From NCBI GenBank assembly GCA_965153455.1, contig OZ234494.1, forward strand, positions 8,556,001 through 8,620,000: a DNA stretch of 64,000 nucleotides, written 5' to 3'. The position numbers were made by a program, and so were the translations under genes. Shown here in pieces: positions 28,291-40,924 of the stretch. Each line of letters opens with the position of its first letter. Positions within the stretch are counted from its first letter, which is position 1. The notes below the pieces were generated by a model. It had not been told where the DNA came from. It searched no databases and saw only the letters and a program-made list of their open reading frames with translations. The DNA is from Sphagnum compactum. Lineage: Eukaryota.

Positions 28291-28910
28291 GGCTATTTTG
28301 CCCTATTTATTCCCCTCTTTAGGAGCCAGGACTTCTCTTCCAAATCATGATTCACTTTACCGATCATTTGACCTTAGGGTCCTCCTCACTTTACATGTGT
28401 TGGTTTGCTCCAATATTTTAATTGGAAAATGGAATATTTTAATTTAAAGATGGAATATTAAAAAAATAAAAAAAAACCTATTTGCACACATATTCTTGTA
28501 AACCTGACAGATTTCCTGGAACATGACTGCAAACAGCCGTTTCCACAGCACCTAATGTCCACTCACCACATGATGTGTTCTCACAGGAAGAATGCCCCTC
28601 ACAAAGGCCTAGAGTTTGTTGAGACCCATGCATGGTGATCCTCTCCTCTGTCTCCAACTTCATCATGTCAGAGGCAGTAGTACTCCTCCTTCCAAGCTTG
28701 GAAGAGAGTGGGAGGCAGGTGGGGAACTCATGAAGAAACCTTTGAGAGAAACAAAAAAAGCAAAGTTATGTGGAAAAACTTTAGTAGGCCAAACTGGGGG
28801 GGGGGGGAGAGGGGGTACTGGGCCCCAGTTTTTGCCAAAACTGGGGATGAAATAAAAAGTCAGTAAGAAAATCAATACCCATGGGAAAATTGATTTATAG
28901 TGGTGATCAA

Positions 28911-29090
28911 ACCTAAATTGGAACTCATAGAAGTTTTACACCCAGTTGTAGAGGGGACCAAACTAGTTTTCTCACCTAAATTTGAACTCACTGAAGTTTT
29001 GCACCCAGTTTTAGAGGGGACCAAACTAGTTTTCTCACCTAAATTTGAACTCACCGAAGTTTTGCACCCAGTTTTAGAGGGGACCAACCC
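28911..29090. repeat. 63-bp tandem repeat x3
   Basis: ACCTAAATT recurs at 28911, 28974, 29037; appears as a 21-aa repeat in the overlapping spurious ORFs. Confidence 0.9.
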
Positions 29091-30539
29091 AGTTTTGGAT
29101 ATTTGCCTTACCCGTGGCTTCACTGCTGGATGACATGCTTTCATGCAATCAAAGTCTTGTCAGAATAGAATCCTGCAAATCTTGTGGTTACTGATACCCC
29201 AGTTTCATTAGATGGTACTCAGTTTTGCACAATTATAGCTACACTGAAATTGGGGATGAAACAGGGATTACAAGGTCAAATTAGGGACCAAAGATAGGGT
29301 GACTTTAGAGATAACTCTATAAATATCAGTGGGAAAAAATGCAATGGAGAATTTGGTACTGACATCAATTGAAAATAGGGGACCACTTGTGAAATTACCA
29401 AGTAAGTGGCCATCTCTTTGGTTTTAATTAAAACCCCCCAAAAAGTCACTTCCAAGTTGTGACTTACACCATCTTGGGCCCCAAAACTAGCACCTACATT
29501 GGTATCTTAACCTTCTTGAGTCAGGCTTTCAGAGGCTATGCTTAATCCAAGCATTGTTGAGCTTTGACTTGGAGACACCCCTGATTTAGTCTTAGGATGA
29601 TATACTCATGATAGAGCCATCCTTAAAGTCACCGTGTCTTTGGGCCCTAGTTTGACCATGTACTTATCTATTTCATCCCCAATTTGATTGTAACTGTAAC
29701 ATGAGCAACTGATATGGGGTATCGGTTCAAAATATATTTGCAGGATTCTATGTTTATTAGACTATAAATAATACAGAATATGAGGCAAATCCCAAACTGA
29801 GGGTGAAATTGTTGTGAGTACCAAATTTAGGTGTGAAAACCAACCAGTTTGTCCCTCTCTTTTGGTCTGGTGTACTTTTTTCATCCTGACTTTATAGATT
29901 TTCTCCCCCAGTTTTAGCAAAACTGATGCCCCAGTATCCCCAGTTTGGGATACTTTACAACTAGGTTTTAACTCTAATGTTTTAGATAGATAGATAGAAG
30001 CAACGTTGAAAAACTTGGGGGTACTTGTTAACCATGGTTCCAGTGTAGTAGGTGCCAGATCACCGAAACTTGGCCTAACCATGGTGCCATTGTAGGTGCT
30101 GGGTTGACCCAATTAATTAAGACCTCCATATCAAGGGTTACATCAGCTGATGAAAGAGTGGGAGACTATTGGATAAGGGGAGGATTAAAAAATCAATTCT
30201 TTTGGGAGTGAATGAAGGCTTTATTGCGTGAAGTCTGGAAGAAGAACGCATCCCAAGAGGAGGAAGAACAAAGGAGGAGGAGGAGGAGGAGGAGGAGGAG
30301 GGAGGGAGGGAGGGAGGGAGGGAAAGGGGACTTACTTAGACTTGAGTGGGTCCATGAAACAGAGTGGAAGTGGGGTTTGCGAAGGTGGGTGTTCCAGAAA
30401 ACAAGGGATAAGGTACAAAGTGGCTCAGGCACCTCACCAAAACCTGTCAGAGTGAACAACACCCACCCCACCATGCCACATCAAAGAGCGAAAGAAAGAG
30501 AGAGAGAGAGAGAAAGGAGTCATTTGCTTGCTTGTTTAT

Positions 30540-30857
30540 TTATTGGCCTTGCCTACCAAGGCAAGGATATAGTGTTTAGATTCATTATAGAGTATAGTAG
30601 CTTAAGGGATTTTTTGGCCCATAAGTAATAGGTCTATTTTTATATGAGGATTTTTGAAAGATGATATTTTGAGTTGTGTTGAAACTTGAGATTAGTTACA
30701 GAGTTATAATATCTTGAAGGATTCTGGTTTCTTTCAGAGGATTTTTTGAAGATTATGTTTTTGAGTGGTGAAATATTTGAGTTTCCATGATTCTTGTTTG
30801 GCCTTAAGATAGTTTTTAATGTAAATGACCAGCACACAGTGTGACACACCCCTTGTT
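30540..30857 (+). mobile_element. non-autonomous Helentron/Helitron2-like element, copy 3
   Basis: TTGGCCTTGCCTACCAAGGCAAGGATA..TTTAGATTCATTATAGAGTATAGTAGCTTAAGGGA near-identical to 19288 onward; 3' palindrome GTGTG-A-CACAC then CCCTTG; T-rich flanks. Confidence 0.6.
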
Positions 30858-31194
30858 TATTTATTTCAGGGTTGTGGTAGGACCTAGCCTATATGGAAGA
30901 ATGAAATAGAAATGACATAAAAGAACACACCTATGTAGGTACTAGCTTTAGTAGTGGTGTGTTTTCAACATCTTGTGAGAAGATTTTGGCAGTTTGGTTG
31001 AGAGAGTCTTTTGTGGCATGATGATTTTGTGAACACAACGTGGATAAGTTGCCATTGCTGCCTTATCATATGTGAGCATGGAGGCCCATATCCATGATGA
31101 CTTCTTCTGTCATTTTTTTCGTTTTGGGTATGTGAGTTTAATATAGTAACTTCCATTTTGGAGCAATATTTGTTGCAGAGGGCTTTTTTTGGGG

Positions 31195-31465
31195 GTCAAT
31201 TTTGTGATGTAGCGAAACTGATGATCATCATCCACAAGAAGATTTAGCCAATTTTGGCTATAGACGATATACGAAAGTTTTTAAAAAAAAATCCTTCTAT
31301 ATTTTGGCTACCTGCCTGCTGGAACCTGTTGTAGAAATCAGTTGATTTTATTCAGTTTTTTTTCAAAATCTGGCAAATTGGGGTCATTTTTTTCCCAAAA
31401 ATCCCTTCCTTATGTGTCAAAATTGTATTTTTTCAGGTCAAAAATTTGCACCGAAAAAACACTGA
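31195..31465 (+). repeat. short dispersed repeat family copy
   Basis: TTTGTGATGTAGC..GATCATCATCCACAAGAAGATTTAGCCAATTTTGGCTA core. Confidence 0.6.
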
Positions 31466-33368
31466 TTTGTTGGGACATATATATATATAAGAGGGTGGGG
31501 GGAGGGGGGGGGGGGGGGGGGGGTTCATCATATGTACGTAACTACATACATTTTGGAAAAATCTAAGAACTCTTATGTTACCTGAAGGTGGTGTGAATAT
31601 CATCACCCTTTCCAAAACTAACTGCAAGAATTGCCTATTTTTTGGAAATGGGCTAAAACCTAATTGCAATTTTGGTTGTTTCTTGGTTAATCACCCATCC
31701 CATACATAAAATCAATTGAGGATGTGCTTAATAGTAGGTACCATTGGGACGTGTCTAACTTCAAACTATTATAGTGAATCAATGTTGTTACAAATTCAAA
31801 CTCTATCTTGGAACCATTATCAACAATAAGGTGGGATCAAACACCAAACCAACATTGTACAAATGTACCTATGCATTTTTTTAATGTTATGCATATTTAT
31901 TTTATCTTTGATGTAGCGCATATAATTAAGTATTCAAGAAATTATGAAAATATGAGTGATTATTTCATCTAGTTATGCACCAAAATCTGGTGAGACACAA
32001 CGCTGAGTTTTTGTTAATTATGCTCATTTGGATGTCAATGCAGTGCAAACAAACAATTGTAGTTTTTGCAACCATTTATTTATTCATTCATTCGTTCGTT
32101 CTAGGGTGGCTTCAAAATTGAAATGGGTTGATCAGATCTTTTAGCCAGACTGAAACAAAATATTTAAACATTATTTAAAAAAAAAAAAAAATCCTTCTTG
32201 AAAATTATGAGTCAATCCATTCATCATTTGTTTCAACAACAACAAATAATTATCTTTGCTGAGGAGTCTCCACAACAAAAATTGTCTTTGGCAAGTAGTT
32301 TCAATGACAAAAAAGGTTATCTTTGGTGACAATAATAAAGAAGCTGAGAAGAGATATCGCTCACACACACGACTTTTTCCCACATAAGTTAGTGAAGCCG
32401 TCACCCATGAAACATGGTTGCCTACTTCCTTCCCAAAAGGTGGACAACATGAAACAATAAATAAATGTATCCAATCAATCCATTCATCCATCTTCGGCTT
32501 CATTCAATCCATCATTGTTCATCACATCATTAGCACTAATAGTGTTGTATTTTTTGGTGGCTAACTTAACTTGATAATGTCTCTTGCTTAATAATCACTT
32601 TGCAAACTTATGAACTTCTCTTTGAATTGCTTAACATCATTTCTGTGTCTCTCTAGTGGGAATTTTTCCCCCTATTTACACCCCTGCAAGAAAAAATAAC
32701 CCCCCCCCACAACAACCATGACATCTTTCTTTTATGGTGCATTCTTAGTAGGTAGCACTTGCCGAACATAGCTTTGCTGATTGCAACTAAATCCCAAAAC
32801 CTAATAATAAATACTAGGGGTCGTAGATAGGCACGGCACAAAAAAAAAAGCCTGCCTGCTTACTAGGCAGACGGCAAGACGACGTCGTCGACTATCACAT
32901 TACTAGGCAATGAGCCACACATACGGCATGCCGCGTTGTTGACCCACCAAGCCATCAAGGCCAAAGATAAAGGAAGAGCCGGGAGAGAGGGGTGCCGAAG
33001 AAAAAACAAAAAACAACAAAAACAACGAATAATATCAGCAGTTCTAAGTTATTAGCCGTGGTCCGAGCAACACAACAACCGACTAAAAAACCAAAGAAGA
33101 CACTTCGAGTGCAATTTTTGTTTTTGTTTTGTTTTTGGGGTCCACAAAACCATACAAGAATCAAGTGAGTAAAAAAAAGAAGGGAAGAGAGAGTACCTAC
33201 AATAATAATAAAAAAAGGGAGGAATATTAGTGAAAAAGAGTTTTTTTTGAAATAAAAGAGAGAGAGAGAGAAAGAAAAAAGAAGAAAGAAAGAACAAACA
33301 AACCCTACTTTGTTTCCAAAGAGGGGATGATGCCTTGTCTCTTTTTCTGAGGAGGGTATGTAACTTAG

Positions 33369-33687
33369 TAGGTACCTATTAGGTAAAAGAAGGTAAAAAA
33401 GGGAGGGATAAAACGTAATAGAAATAAAAGAGAGGGAGGAAAAAAAGAGAAAAACCTTAAGTTACTTCGTTTCCAAAGAGAGGGAGGAAAAAAAGAGAAA
33501 AACCTTAAGTTACTTCGTTTCCAAAGAGAGGGAGGGACGCCCTGTAGGTACCTATGTAACTAGGTAGGTACCTAGAAAGAAGGCAGGGATTTCAATAATA
33601 AAAAAAGAAAGATAGGCCTAGAGAGAGAAAAAAGAAAATCCTACTTTGGCCAGTAGATAGGCAGGTAGGTAAGTATGTAGGTACCTA
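33369..33687. promoter_or_regulatory. upstream region of TZF gene: four TAGGTACCTA palindromes plus a perfect 48-bp tandem duplication
   Basis: TAGGTACCTA at 33369, 33545, 33565, 33678; 48-bp unit at 33431 and 33479. Regulatory function is inferred only from position. Confidence 0.35.
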
Positions 33688-34842
33688 TTTGGTAGTACCT
33701 ATTTCAGGTCACCAGTTAATAAAAAGCCTTTGCTCCTCAACGGCTGCGGTCCATTCTTTCTTTCTTTCTGGCCGTCTATCTTTCTCTCTGTCTTTTCGTA
33801 TTTCTTTCCCCCCCCCCCCCCTCTCTCTCTCTCTCTTTCCCTTTCCTTTTCCCTTCCCCAACACGCGCTTCTTTTTTCTCCCTCCTGGTCCATTTTGCTA
33901 CCCACTAGAAGCAGCAGCAGCAGCAGCGTTAGCTACAGTGCAAAAGCACCAGCCAGCAGCAGGCGTTGTTGCAGAGGCTTCCGGAAGATAGTTGTTGGTG
34001 TTGTTGGTGTTTGCTGTTGTTGGTCCCTTCTCATCTTCTTCCTCTTATAACACTGCCACTCACTCCCCCATAAATCAAGTGCAGTTTCGGTGTGTGGACA
34101 CATCAACAGCACATACATTCTTTGTATCTATCTATCTATTTTTCTTTCTTTCTTTCTTTCTTTGAAGCAAGAGCATTTGTTGTTTGTTTGTTTTTTTGAA
34201 AGAGAAACAAAACTAACAAACTTTTATTTAAAAAGAAAATTTGCTTTGTTGATAGATTATTTCTTTCTGCTCCCTTCAAGTTTTGGGTTTTGGGTGGTTT
34301 TTTTTTCCCTGAGACTTTGGAGAGAAACTTTGTTGGTTTTGGTGTTTTGGGTATTGATTTGTTTTTGCAAGAGTCTGGTGAAACTGTTTTTTTTCGGGTG
34401 GGGTTTTGTTTTTGCTCTGTTTTGGTTTTGGGGTATGCTGATGTCTTACAAGTAAGATATGGTAGTGAGACTTGTCTTGTGGTTTTCTCTTTTAAGTGGG
34501 GTTCGCTGTTTTTGAGCTTGTGTGTATGTGGGCGGCTGCTTTGTGGCACTTGCTTTTGGGTTTTTTTGCATGTGGGGAGCTTGGGTCTGCTGGTTGTGGG
34601 TGGTGGGTTTTGAGGGAAGTCCAGCAGAAGAGACTGCAAAGAGATGAGGTGAAGAAGCCGTTTCTAAAGCGATCCGACCTAAAGGCAAAGAAGAATAGCA
34701 AGAACAGAAGGAGATCATCACCATCATCATCAGACACAGAGAGAGAAGAGAGAAGGGAAAAGGGAGTGGTTGGGGGTTGTTTTTTGAAGTGGGTTGTTGT
34801 TTCGGGTTTCTAGGTGAGGGAGATCATCAACCGAAGAAAAAG

Positions 34843-37014
34843 ATGCCAGGAGTGCTGATTGATGAGCATCATCCTTTTGGTTTGGAAAACCTGGGCAACA
34901 ACAACGGTTGTGGTGGTTCCATTTATGACTTTGTAGGCTACTCTTGCTCGCCTTTGACGCAGCACAACCACCACCATCACCAGTCTGCTGCTGCAGCACA
35001 ACACACAATGCGCCGCTTGAACACTTTCTCTGCCGGAATGAAAGACTCAGAGGCGTTGGCAGCGTCATCGCTGGGGTTGCCGCAGCAGCAGTCGGCTCCT
35101 TCTCCCCATCATCACATGTACCAACGTAGCCACAGCTTCGGCAACACTGCGAACCTGCACGCGTTCAACAACTTCTTCATCGGCGGCAGCAGTCCACCCA
35201 ACTCTCCGGCCAAATCGGACTTGGGTCTGTCGCTTCTTGACGGAATGGACGACGGGTTCTTCGAAGGAAGTGAAGGAGGGAAGACTGGTGGTGGCTCGGG
35301 TCGTTCGGACTTGCGCTCGCTGTCTTTCGGCGGATCGGCGATGAGCGGATCCGGATCTTCTTCGTCCTTAGTGGGCTCACCCACTTTCCCAGACTCTCTC
35401 CACAGTTTCAACAAGTTCCTCCCCTCTAACAACGAGGACGAGGAAGCTTGGCCGGCAGTGGACATGTATGGGTGTGACCAGTTCCGCATGTTCGAGTTCA
35501 AGGTGCGGCGCTGCATGCGCGGCAGAAGCCATGACTGGACCGAGTGTCCATTCGCACATCCCGGCGAGAAGGCGAGAAGACGCGATCCGCGCCGCTTTCA
35601 TTACTCGGGCACCGCTTGCCCCGATTTCAGGAAAGGCAGTTGCAGACGCGGTGATGCTTGCGAGTATGCGCATGGGGTCTTCGAGTGCTGGTTGCATCCG
35701 GCTCGCTACCGCACACAACCGTGCAAAGACGGCCGTAACTGCCGCCGTCGTGTGTGCTTCTTCGCTCACACACCCGAGCAGCTGCGATTGCTCCCGGCCG
35801 CTGCTCAGGCTGCCACTGCCGCTGCTAGAAGCAGCAGCGGAGGACTGTCCGGATCGCAAGCAGCAGCTTCTGCCGCGGCGCTGAATGCTTGTTTTTCGCA
35901 AGCCTACGATGGGTCTCCGGGCCGTGGTGGTGGTGCTTACGATGGAGCTTTTGTGTACGAAGGAGGAGCTTCTTCTTCTTCTTTTGATGGTGGTTCTTCC
36001 TCTCCTTCCGCCCATGTGGGATCTCCCTTGAGCCATTACAACGGGATCTCTTCTTCTGCTGCTGCTGCGGCAGCACTTGCTGGACACAGTTGTGTGCCAT
36101 CGCAGATGTCTTCTCCGACTTCAACTCTCGTGGGACATGCACACTCTCCACCTCCCTTGTCTCCACCACTCTCTCCTTCCGGCTCTCCTCCACATTCTCC
36201 GTCTTCTCCTCACGGCTGCTGGCCCTCCTTGTCATCTCCCAGTTTCTCTTCTCTCTCCGCCGCCAGTCAAGCTGCTATGACCCAAGTGCTAACTCAAGCT
36301 TCACTGCAAGCTTCACTCTCTCAGGCATCCTTAGCTCGCTCTCAAAGCAGTCAGGCTATGGGAGTAGGAGTAGGAACCGGAGGAGGAGCAACAGGTGCTT
36401 CTTCCGGAGCCCATCCTCGCTCTCCTCCGACTCCAGCTCATCGGCGTCACTTGGATCGTCTCAACTCCATGCCTACACTCTCTATTCCTTGTGGTGATCA
36501 TAGGAGCTTGCAGCAACAGCAGCAGGCAGCAGGTCTTCCTGGATCTGCTCCTGTTTCTCCTGCTGGAGGAGGATCATTAGGCCACCATCAGAGCAGCAAC
36601 AAATCGATGCTGGAGCTTATTGCTACTCTCCAGCAGCTGGAGCTTCGTGGAGGGGGAGGATCCAACACTCCACCCAGCAGCAGCAGCACTGCACAGTGGC
36701 TGCAACAGCAGTACTCTTCAGGGCCATCACCACTGCGGCGGTGCTCCCTCAGTGTGCCAGGGACACCAACCAAGCTCCAGTGGGAGCAAGCTCCTGCAGC
36801 CCCTGCTAAGGGACGCTGGGAGGTGGATGAGAATGAAGAGGGTGAACCTACAGTGCAGCGGGTTGAGTCTGGGCGAGACCTTCGTGCCACCATCTATGGC
36901 CGCTTGGGTAAGGACCGGCCCTTGGAAGTGGTTGCCAATGGTGATGATCCTGACCTTGGTTGGGTTAATGAGCTTGTGAAGGAAGAGCCTGAGCAGACTC
37001 CCACCTGTTGGTGA
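34843..37014 (+). CDS. plant RR-TZF tandem CCCH zinc-finger RNA-binding protein (non-ankyrin TZF1-6-like group), 723 aa, intronless CDS
   Basis: First in-frame ATG at 34843 within the 745-codon ORF; Arg-rich region [37 protein letters not shown]-x7-C-x5-C-x3-H-x16-C-x5-C-x4-C-x3-H; conserved C-terminal RVESGRDLR and [10 protein letters not shown] motifs; no ankyrin repeats. Confidence 0.95.
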   Translation: MPGVLIDEHHPFGLENLGNNNGCGGSIYDFVGYSCSPLTQHNHHHHQSAAAAQHTMRRLNTFSAGMKDSEALAASSLGLPQQQSAPSPHHHMYQRSHSFGNTANLHAFNNFFIGGSSPPNSPAKSDLGLSLLDGMDDGFFEGSEGGKTGGGSGRSDLRSLSFGGSAMSGSGSSSSLVGSPTFPDSLHSFNKFLPSNNEDEEAWPAVDMYGCDQFRMFEFKVRRCMRGRSHDWTECPFAHPGEKARRRDPRRFHYSGTACPDFRKGSCRRGDACEYAHGVFECWLHPARYRTQPCKDGRNCRRRVCFFAHTPEQLRLLPAAAQAATAAARSSSGGLSGSQAAASAAALNACFSQAYDGSPGRGGGAYDGAFVYEGGASSSSFDGGSSSPSAHVGSPLSHYNGISSSAAAAAALAGHSCVPSQMSSPTSTLVGHAHSPPPLSPPLSPSGSPPHSPSSPHGCWPSLSSPSFSSLSAASQAAMTQVLTQASLQASLSQASLARSQSSQAMGVGVGTGGGATGASSGAHPRSPPTPAHRRHLDRLNSMPTLSIPCGDHRSLQQQQQAAGLPGSAPVSPAGGGSLGHHQSSNKSMLELIATLQQLELRGGGGSNTPPSSSSTAQWLQQQYSSGPSPLRRCSLSVPGTPTKLQWEQAPAAPAKGRWEVDENEEGEPTVQRVESGRDLRATIYGRLGKDRPLEVVANGDDPDLGWVNELVKEEPEQTPTCW

Positions 37015-39144
37015 AAGGGAACCTTACATGGATGGAGACTAGTTTGCCGGCTCACTCTTATTGGACGATTGAAAAGAATACCATTTTTTTGGATGTTTTT
37101 ATGGGTAGGGGTGGGGTTGGGTTTGGTCCTTAAATAGGAGGGGAAGGTAAGGATGCGATTGGGCAAAGGGAGGGATTTGTCTTTTGTTAATTTGGATATG
37201 CCTTAGGAGTTATTCAAATTTTGTTTTGGGGGTTTTTTTTTGGGGGGGGGCAGGGGTTCCTTTTTTAGGAGGATTTTGTGATTGGTTTGGGGAGGGTTGG
37301 AGGGGTGGTGGGTGGGTTTGGGGGGAGGGGGAAAGTTTGAGGTAGAACAGCAAAACAATTGGGGGCACAACATGCTGCCTTGGAAGGAAGGAAGGAAGCA
37401 GCAGCAGCAAGGCTCTGCATGCTTGCAAAACAGCACACAGACAAGAAGAGAAGTTTCTCTCAACAGCAAGAATTTTTTTTTGATGGTAAATCCATACAAA
37501 ATTTGATTTTTTAAAAAAGAATTTTAGTGCAGACAGGCCTTTTTTTTTTTTGTTGGTTTTACCAAAAGGAGTAGCATAAGATGATGATGAGCAAGTGGAG
37601 CAGGTGCATGCATGCTTAACACACATGATGCAAGCAGCATAGCATGCACACTTGTGGAGTTTGTTTATATGGCGCACACGACATTCTGAGACCAAGGGTC
37701 ACCAGAGCACACCACAGAAGAAAAAGGAGTTGACAGACATACAGACAGACAGACAAATGACACCACTACTATGGCACCACCACCGACAAATTTGTTTTGA
37801 AACCCATCTCTGTTAATCTAGTGCCTAGGATCAGTTTGTACATTTATATATCATGATTTCATGATGACAAATGATGGCTTTTGTAATATACTTCACTGCC
37901 ATACCCAGTATTTTTACCACCTTTGGTTTTTTTCTTTATGGTGTGAACTCATTGTTGCATTTGCCCTTGCATTTTTCTCTGTATGGTGTGGACTCATTGT
38001 TGCATTTGCCCTTGAATTCTCTCTGTTTTCTTGTCTGCCTATGAATGTTTCATCTTAGATTAATGGATTTTTAGCAGTTGGTGGGTAAGCTTACATTACA
38101 TCTCAAGTAGTGCTAGTCAAAGTATTGCTGCAAGTTTTTGTAATGCTCAATTCTGGCCAGGGTTTTGATGGTGGAATGTATGTTGTTGTTGCAAACTGCT
38201 CTGAGTATCCAGTAGCTTGTGGCATGAGTTGAAAGCATTCAATCTTTGCTTTTCTAAGCAAAGATTTTGTGATATGGCTAATCTGGAATTAGAGTCCTGG
38301 ATGTTTGTGAGTCAGGTTTATTCTTGTTGGGTCTTGGTCTTGGTCTCTCTCTTCTTGGGTTTTAGTTGTGACTGCAGGCTATCCAACAATGCAGTAATGG
38401 TTTCCCATCCCATATGGTCTCTCCCATTTTCAGGAGAAATGATTTTACTCTGCATTGCAATTTGTATGCAGAAATGGAAGTTCTATTTGAATTCAAGTTC
38501 CATTTGTGCAGTTCTGTATGTTAAAATTGATATGATCCATTTAAGCTCATGTGTCATGATGGTATATACTCTTTGAGTATTATGGGGGTGGAATGGGAGA
38601 GAGGTATGTATGATCCCAGTGCAGACAGTTGAATGTGAGATGCAATCAAATTGAAACTAAGCTAATTCTGTTGTACATTTTGAGAATTTTTTTTGTATGT
38701 GGAATATGGAATTTGTATGCACATATGAAAGCTCTATATGTATTGATTCTTGTATCATGAAAAGTTTGAATGTTAGATGATTATGGAAATTATCTTATGA
38801 TCAGGTTGTAATTTGTGTATTAGTGGTTGAATGTGGGATGATTATGGAACTTGCCTTGGGGGCCTCAGTAGCAATTTAGTGCATTGTGAAGCTTGGTGAC
38901 AAAAAATCACGCGAGGGGCTGTAATCCTCCTCCAGTCTTGGTAGCAATTTTGTGTTTTGTCGAACTTGGTTGATTCAAGCAAAATTTGGACAGATTTTTG
39001 TGTGGAGCACTATTATGCTCACAGTAGTAGAGGGTGTAGGGTGGGGGTATTATGCTCTAATCTTTTTGGAAGGGAAGGATTTGCATAATTTACAAAGCCA
39101 ACTCTCAAAACTGTGAACTCTTAAAACTTGATATGGGTTTGTCA

Positions 39145-39350
39145 AGGCAAACTCCCAAAACAATTGCTCTGTTTCATACAGGTTTTTGAGTCAAAACTCT
39201 GGATCAAAACAATTGCTCTTAAATCATACAGGTTTTTGAGGCAAACTCTGGATCAAAACAATTGCTCTTGAATCATACAAGCAAACTCCGGATCAAAACA
39301 ATTGCTCTTGAATCATACACGTTTTTGAGGCAAACTCTGGATCAAACAAT
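39145..39350. repeat. ~49-bp tandem repeat, ~4.5 copies
   Basis: Repeated AAACTCTGGATCAAAACAATTGCTCTTGAATCATACAGGTTTTTGAG. Confidence 0.85.
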
Positions 39351-40253
39351 TATGCAGGTTCCTCACTTGCACAAGTGCAGAGCGTATGTTCTGTGATAGG
39401 GGGGTTACAAAAGGGGTGTAGGTGAACATGTCCTGGAAAATAAAGGTAATGGGAGAGAGTGTACAGCATGAAGCATTTAGCTTATGACATGTGCATTTGG
39501 GGTTCTGCCCTTGTGAAACATGTAATGATGGCTGCTCCTGGAGAAAGCCCCTCATGATAAACAGTGATGGAAAGAGAGAGGTGAGCCTTCATGAATTCTT
39601 TAGAACGATCTGCAGTTAAAGCAGGTGCTCCTTGTGCATGTAACTTCATAGTTGCCACAACAGACTAAAATGCAAAAGGGAAAAAAACCGTTGAATGAAG
39701 GTGGACATGGGCCTTTGGAGATGTCCCCAAGGGATATGAAGCTCATGATGATGGCAACCCAGGCCTTTTCGACTTATGGTTGGTTTTTTGCTTCACCGTG
39801 GATCCTACCATTGTGAACTCATATGTTCACAATGATAAACAGACTAGATAAACAGCTTGAGCACGTAGGTTACTATGAAACAGGAACAGGGCCCCCCTTT
39901 AGCGATCAGGCGAGTTCTTAGGATTCATAACCACAGTTCTCAAAAATCAAAGAACCAATTCTGACTTGTACCCGTGGTTCTAAAAACTTGAAGAAAAAAG
40001 TCAATCAAATAACATGCCATGAACCTGCCAGTTCTTGACCAGTTTTCTTTCATGGAAACCATTGGTTTTTGGGGGTTTTTGAAATAGCCAGGACCAACCA
40101 TGTGTCACCAATTTTCCATTGTTTCCCATTAAAATCCATCCTTTAGCTAGATGTAATTTCATGAAATTCTGTGGGCATTAGTCTGGCCCGAACTGTAGGC
40201 CCCACAAATGGAATATATACTTCTTACATAAGGCACTAACAAGAATCTTCTTA

Positions 40254-40459
40254 TTGTGAATTCACACTTGATGTTAAGTCAGTGTTAAATGAAAATATAG
40301 GTGGCATCCTAGATGGCACCCAACATTGAATAGCTTAATGTTAAGTGAATGTTAGGTTAACATAAAATTTTCATGGTAACTAGGTTTAAGTCCTAAATGG
40401 GTAGCATGGTGTTAGGGGACTCAACCTTAGAGTCCCTAACACCAAATGTGAATGCACCT
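40254..40459. mobile_element. Harbinger/Tourist-like MITE with TTA flanks and internal hairpin
   Basis: GTGAATTCACACTTGATGTTA versus reverse complement GTGCATTCACATTTGGTGTTA; TTA at 40251-53 and 40460-62; internal stem GGTGTTAGGGGACTC..GAGTCCCTAACACC; termini similar to the 880-1250 element. Confidence 0.65.
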
Positions 40460-40838
40460 TTAGTGTATTTGGAGGGCACCTTCTACACATGAAAAATGCC
40501 TCCTCAAAAAACAGGAGTCGTCTTACCCCTACAAGGGAGCACTTACACCTCCTAAAGAGGCCTCAGGTGGGCATATTAAAATAGGTGTAAGATGCCTCTC
40601 GCTCCTACCACCACCATGATCCACCACGTTTAGGCTTATAATAATGTTCACCTTCTGGTTTCGTCAATGAGTAAGGCCCACAATGAGAGTGGGTGAGGTG
40701 CTCTCTTGAAATGTGAGACCAAAATCAGATATTGGTTGAGACTAAACCCCATATTTCAGGAACACCGCACCAAGGGCCTTGTCCTACACATAAAAACTCT
40801 ACAACATAAAACATTGTCAAGAGGCAAAATGCCATCTC

Positions 40839-40924
40839 TTATTATTAACAGCTTTATCATCATAATACCATGGTATTATTATGATACATTTATACCATGG
40901 TATTATGAGAGCTGTTAATAATAA
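40839..40924. repeat. 86-bp foldback hairpin
   Basis: TTATTATTAACAGCT...AGCTGTTAATAATAA perfect 15-bp arms plus inner CATAATACCATGGTAT / ATACCATGGTATTATG arms. Confidence 0.8.

Noticed and set aside
30193-30628. ORFs with poly-R/G/L tracts
   Set aside because: Derived from (GGA)n, (GGGA)n and (GA)n microsatellites and run into a repeat element.
33689-34813. Many 60-167 aa ORFs upstream of TZF
   Set aside because: Low-complexity promoter/leader sequence, mostly non-ATG starts; considered only as possible uORFs.
34777-34842. N-terminal extension of the TZF ORF given by the ORF track
   Set aside because: Starts at TTG; the first in-frame ATG is 34843 and the extension spans a likely splice acceptor.
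35112-36979. Overlapping antisense and alternative-frame ORFs (e.g. 35377-36087)
   Set aside because: Shadows of the GC-rich TZF CDS with no recognisable domains.
37592-37654. Imperfect GCATGC-rich hairpin downstream of the TZF stop
   Set aside because: Short, bulged and low-complexity; no match to conserved plant miRNAs I recall.
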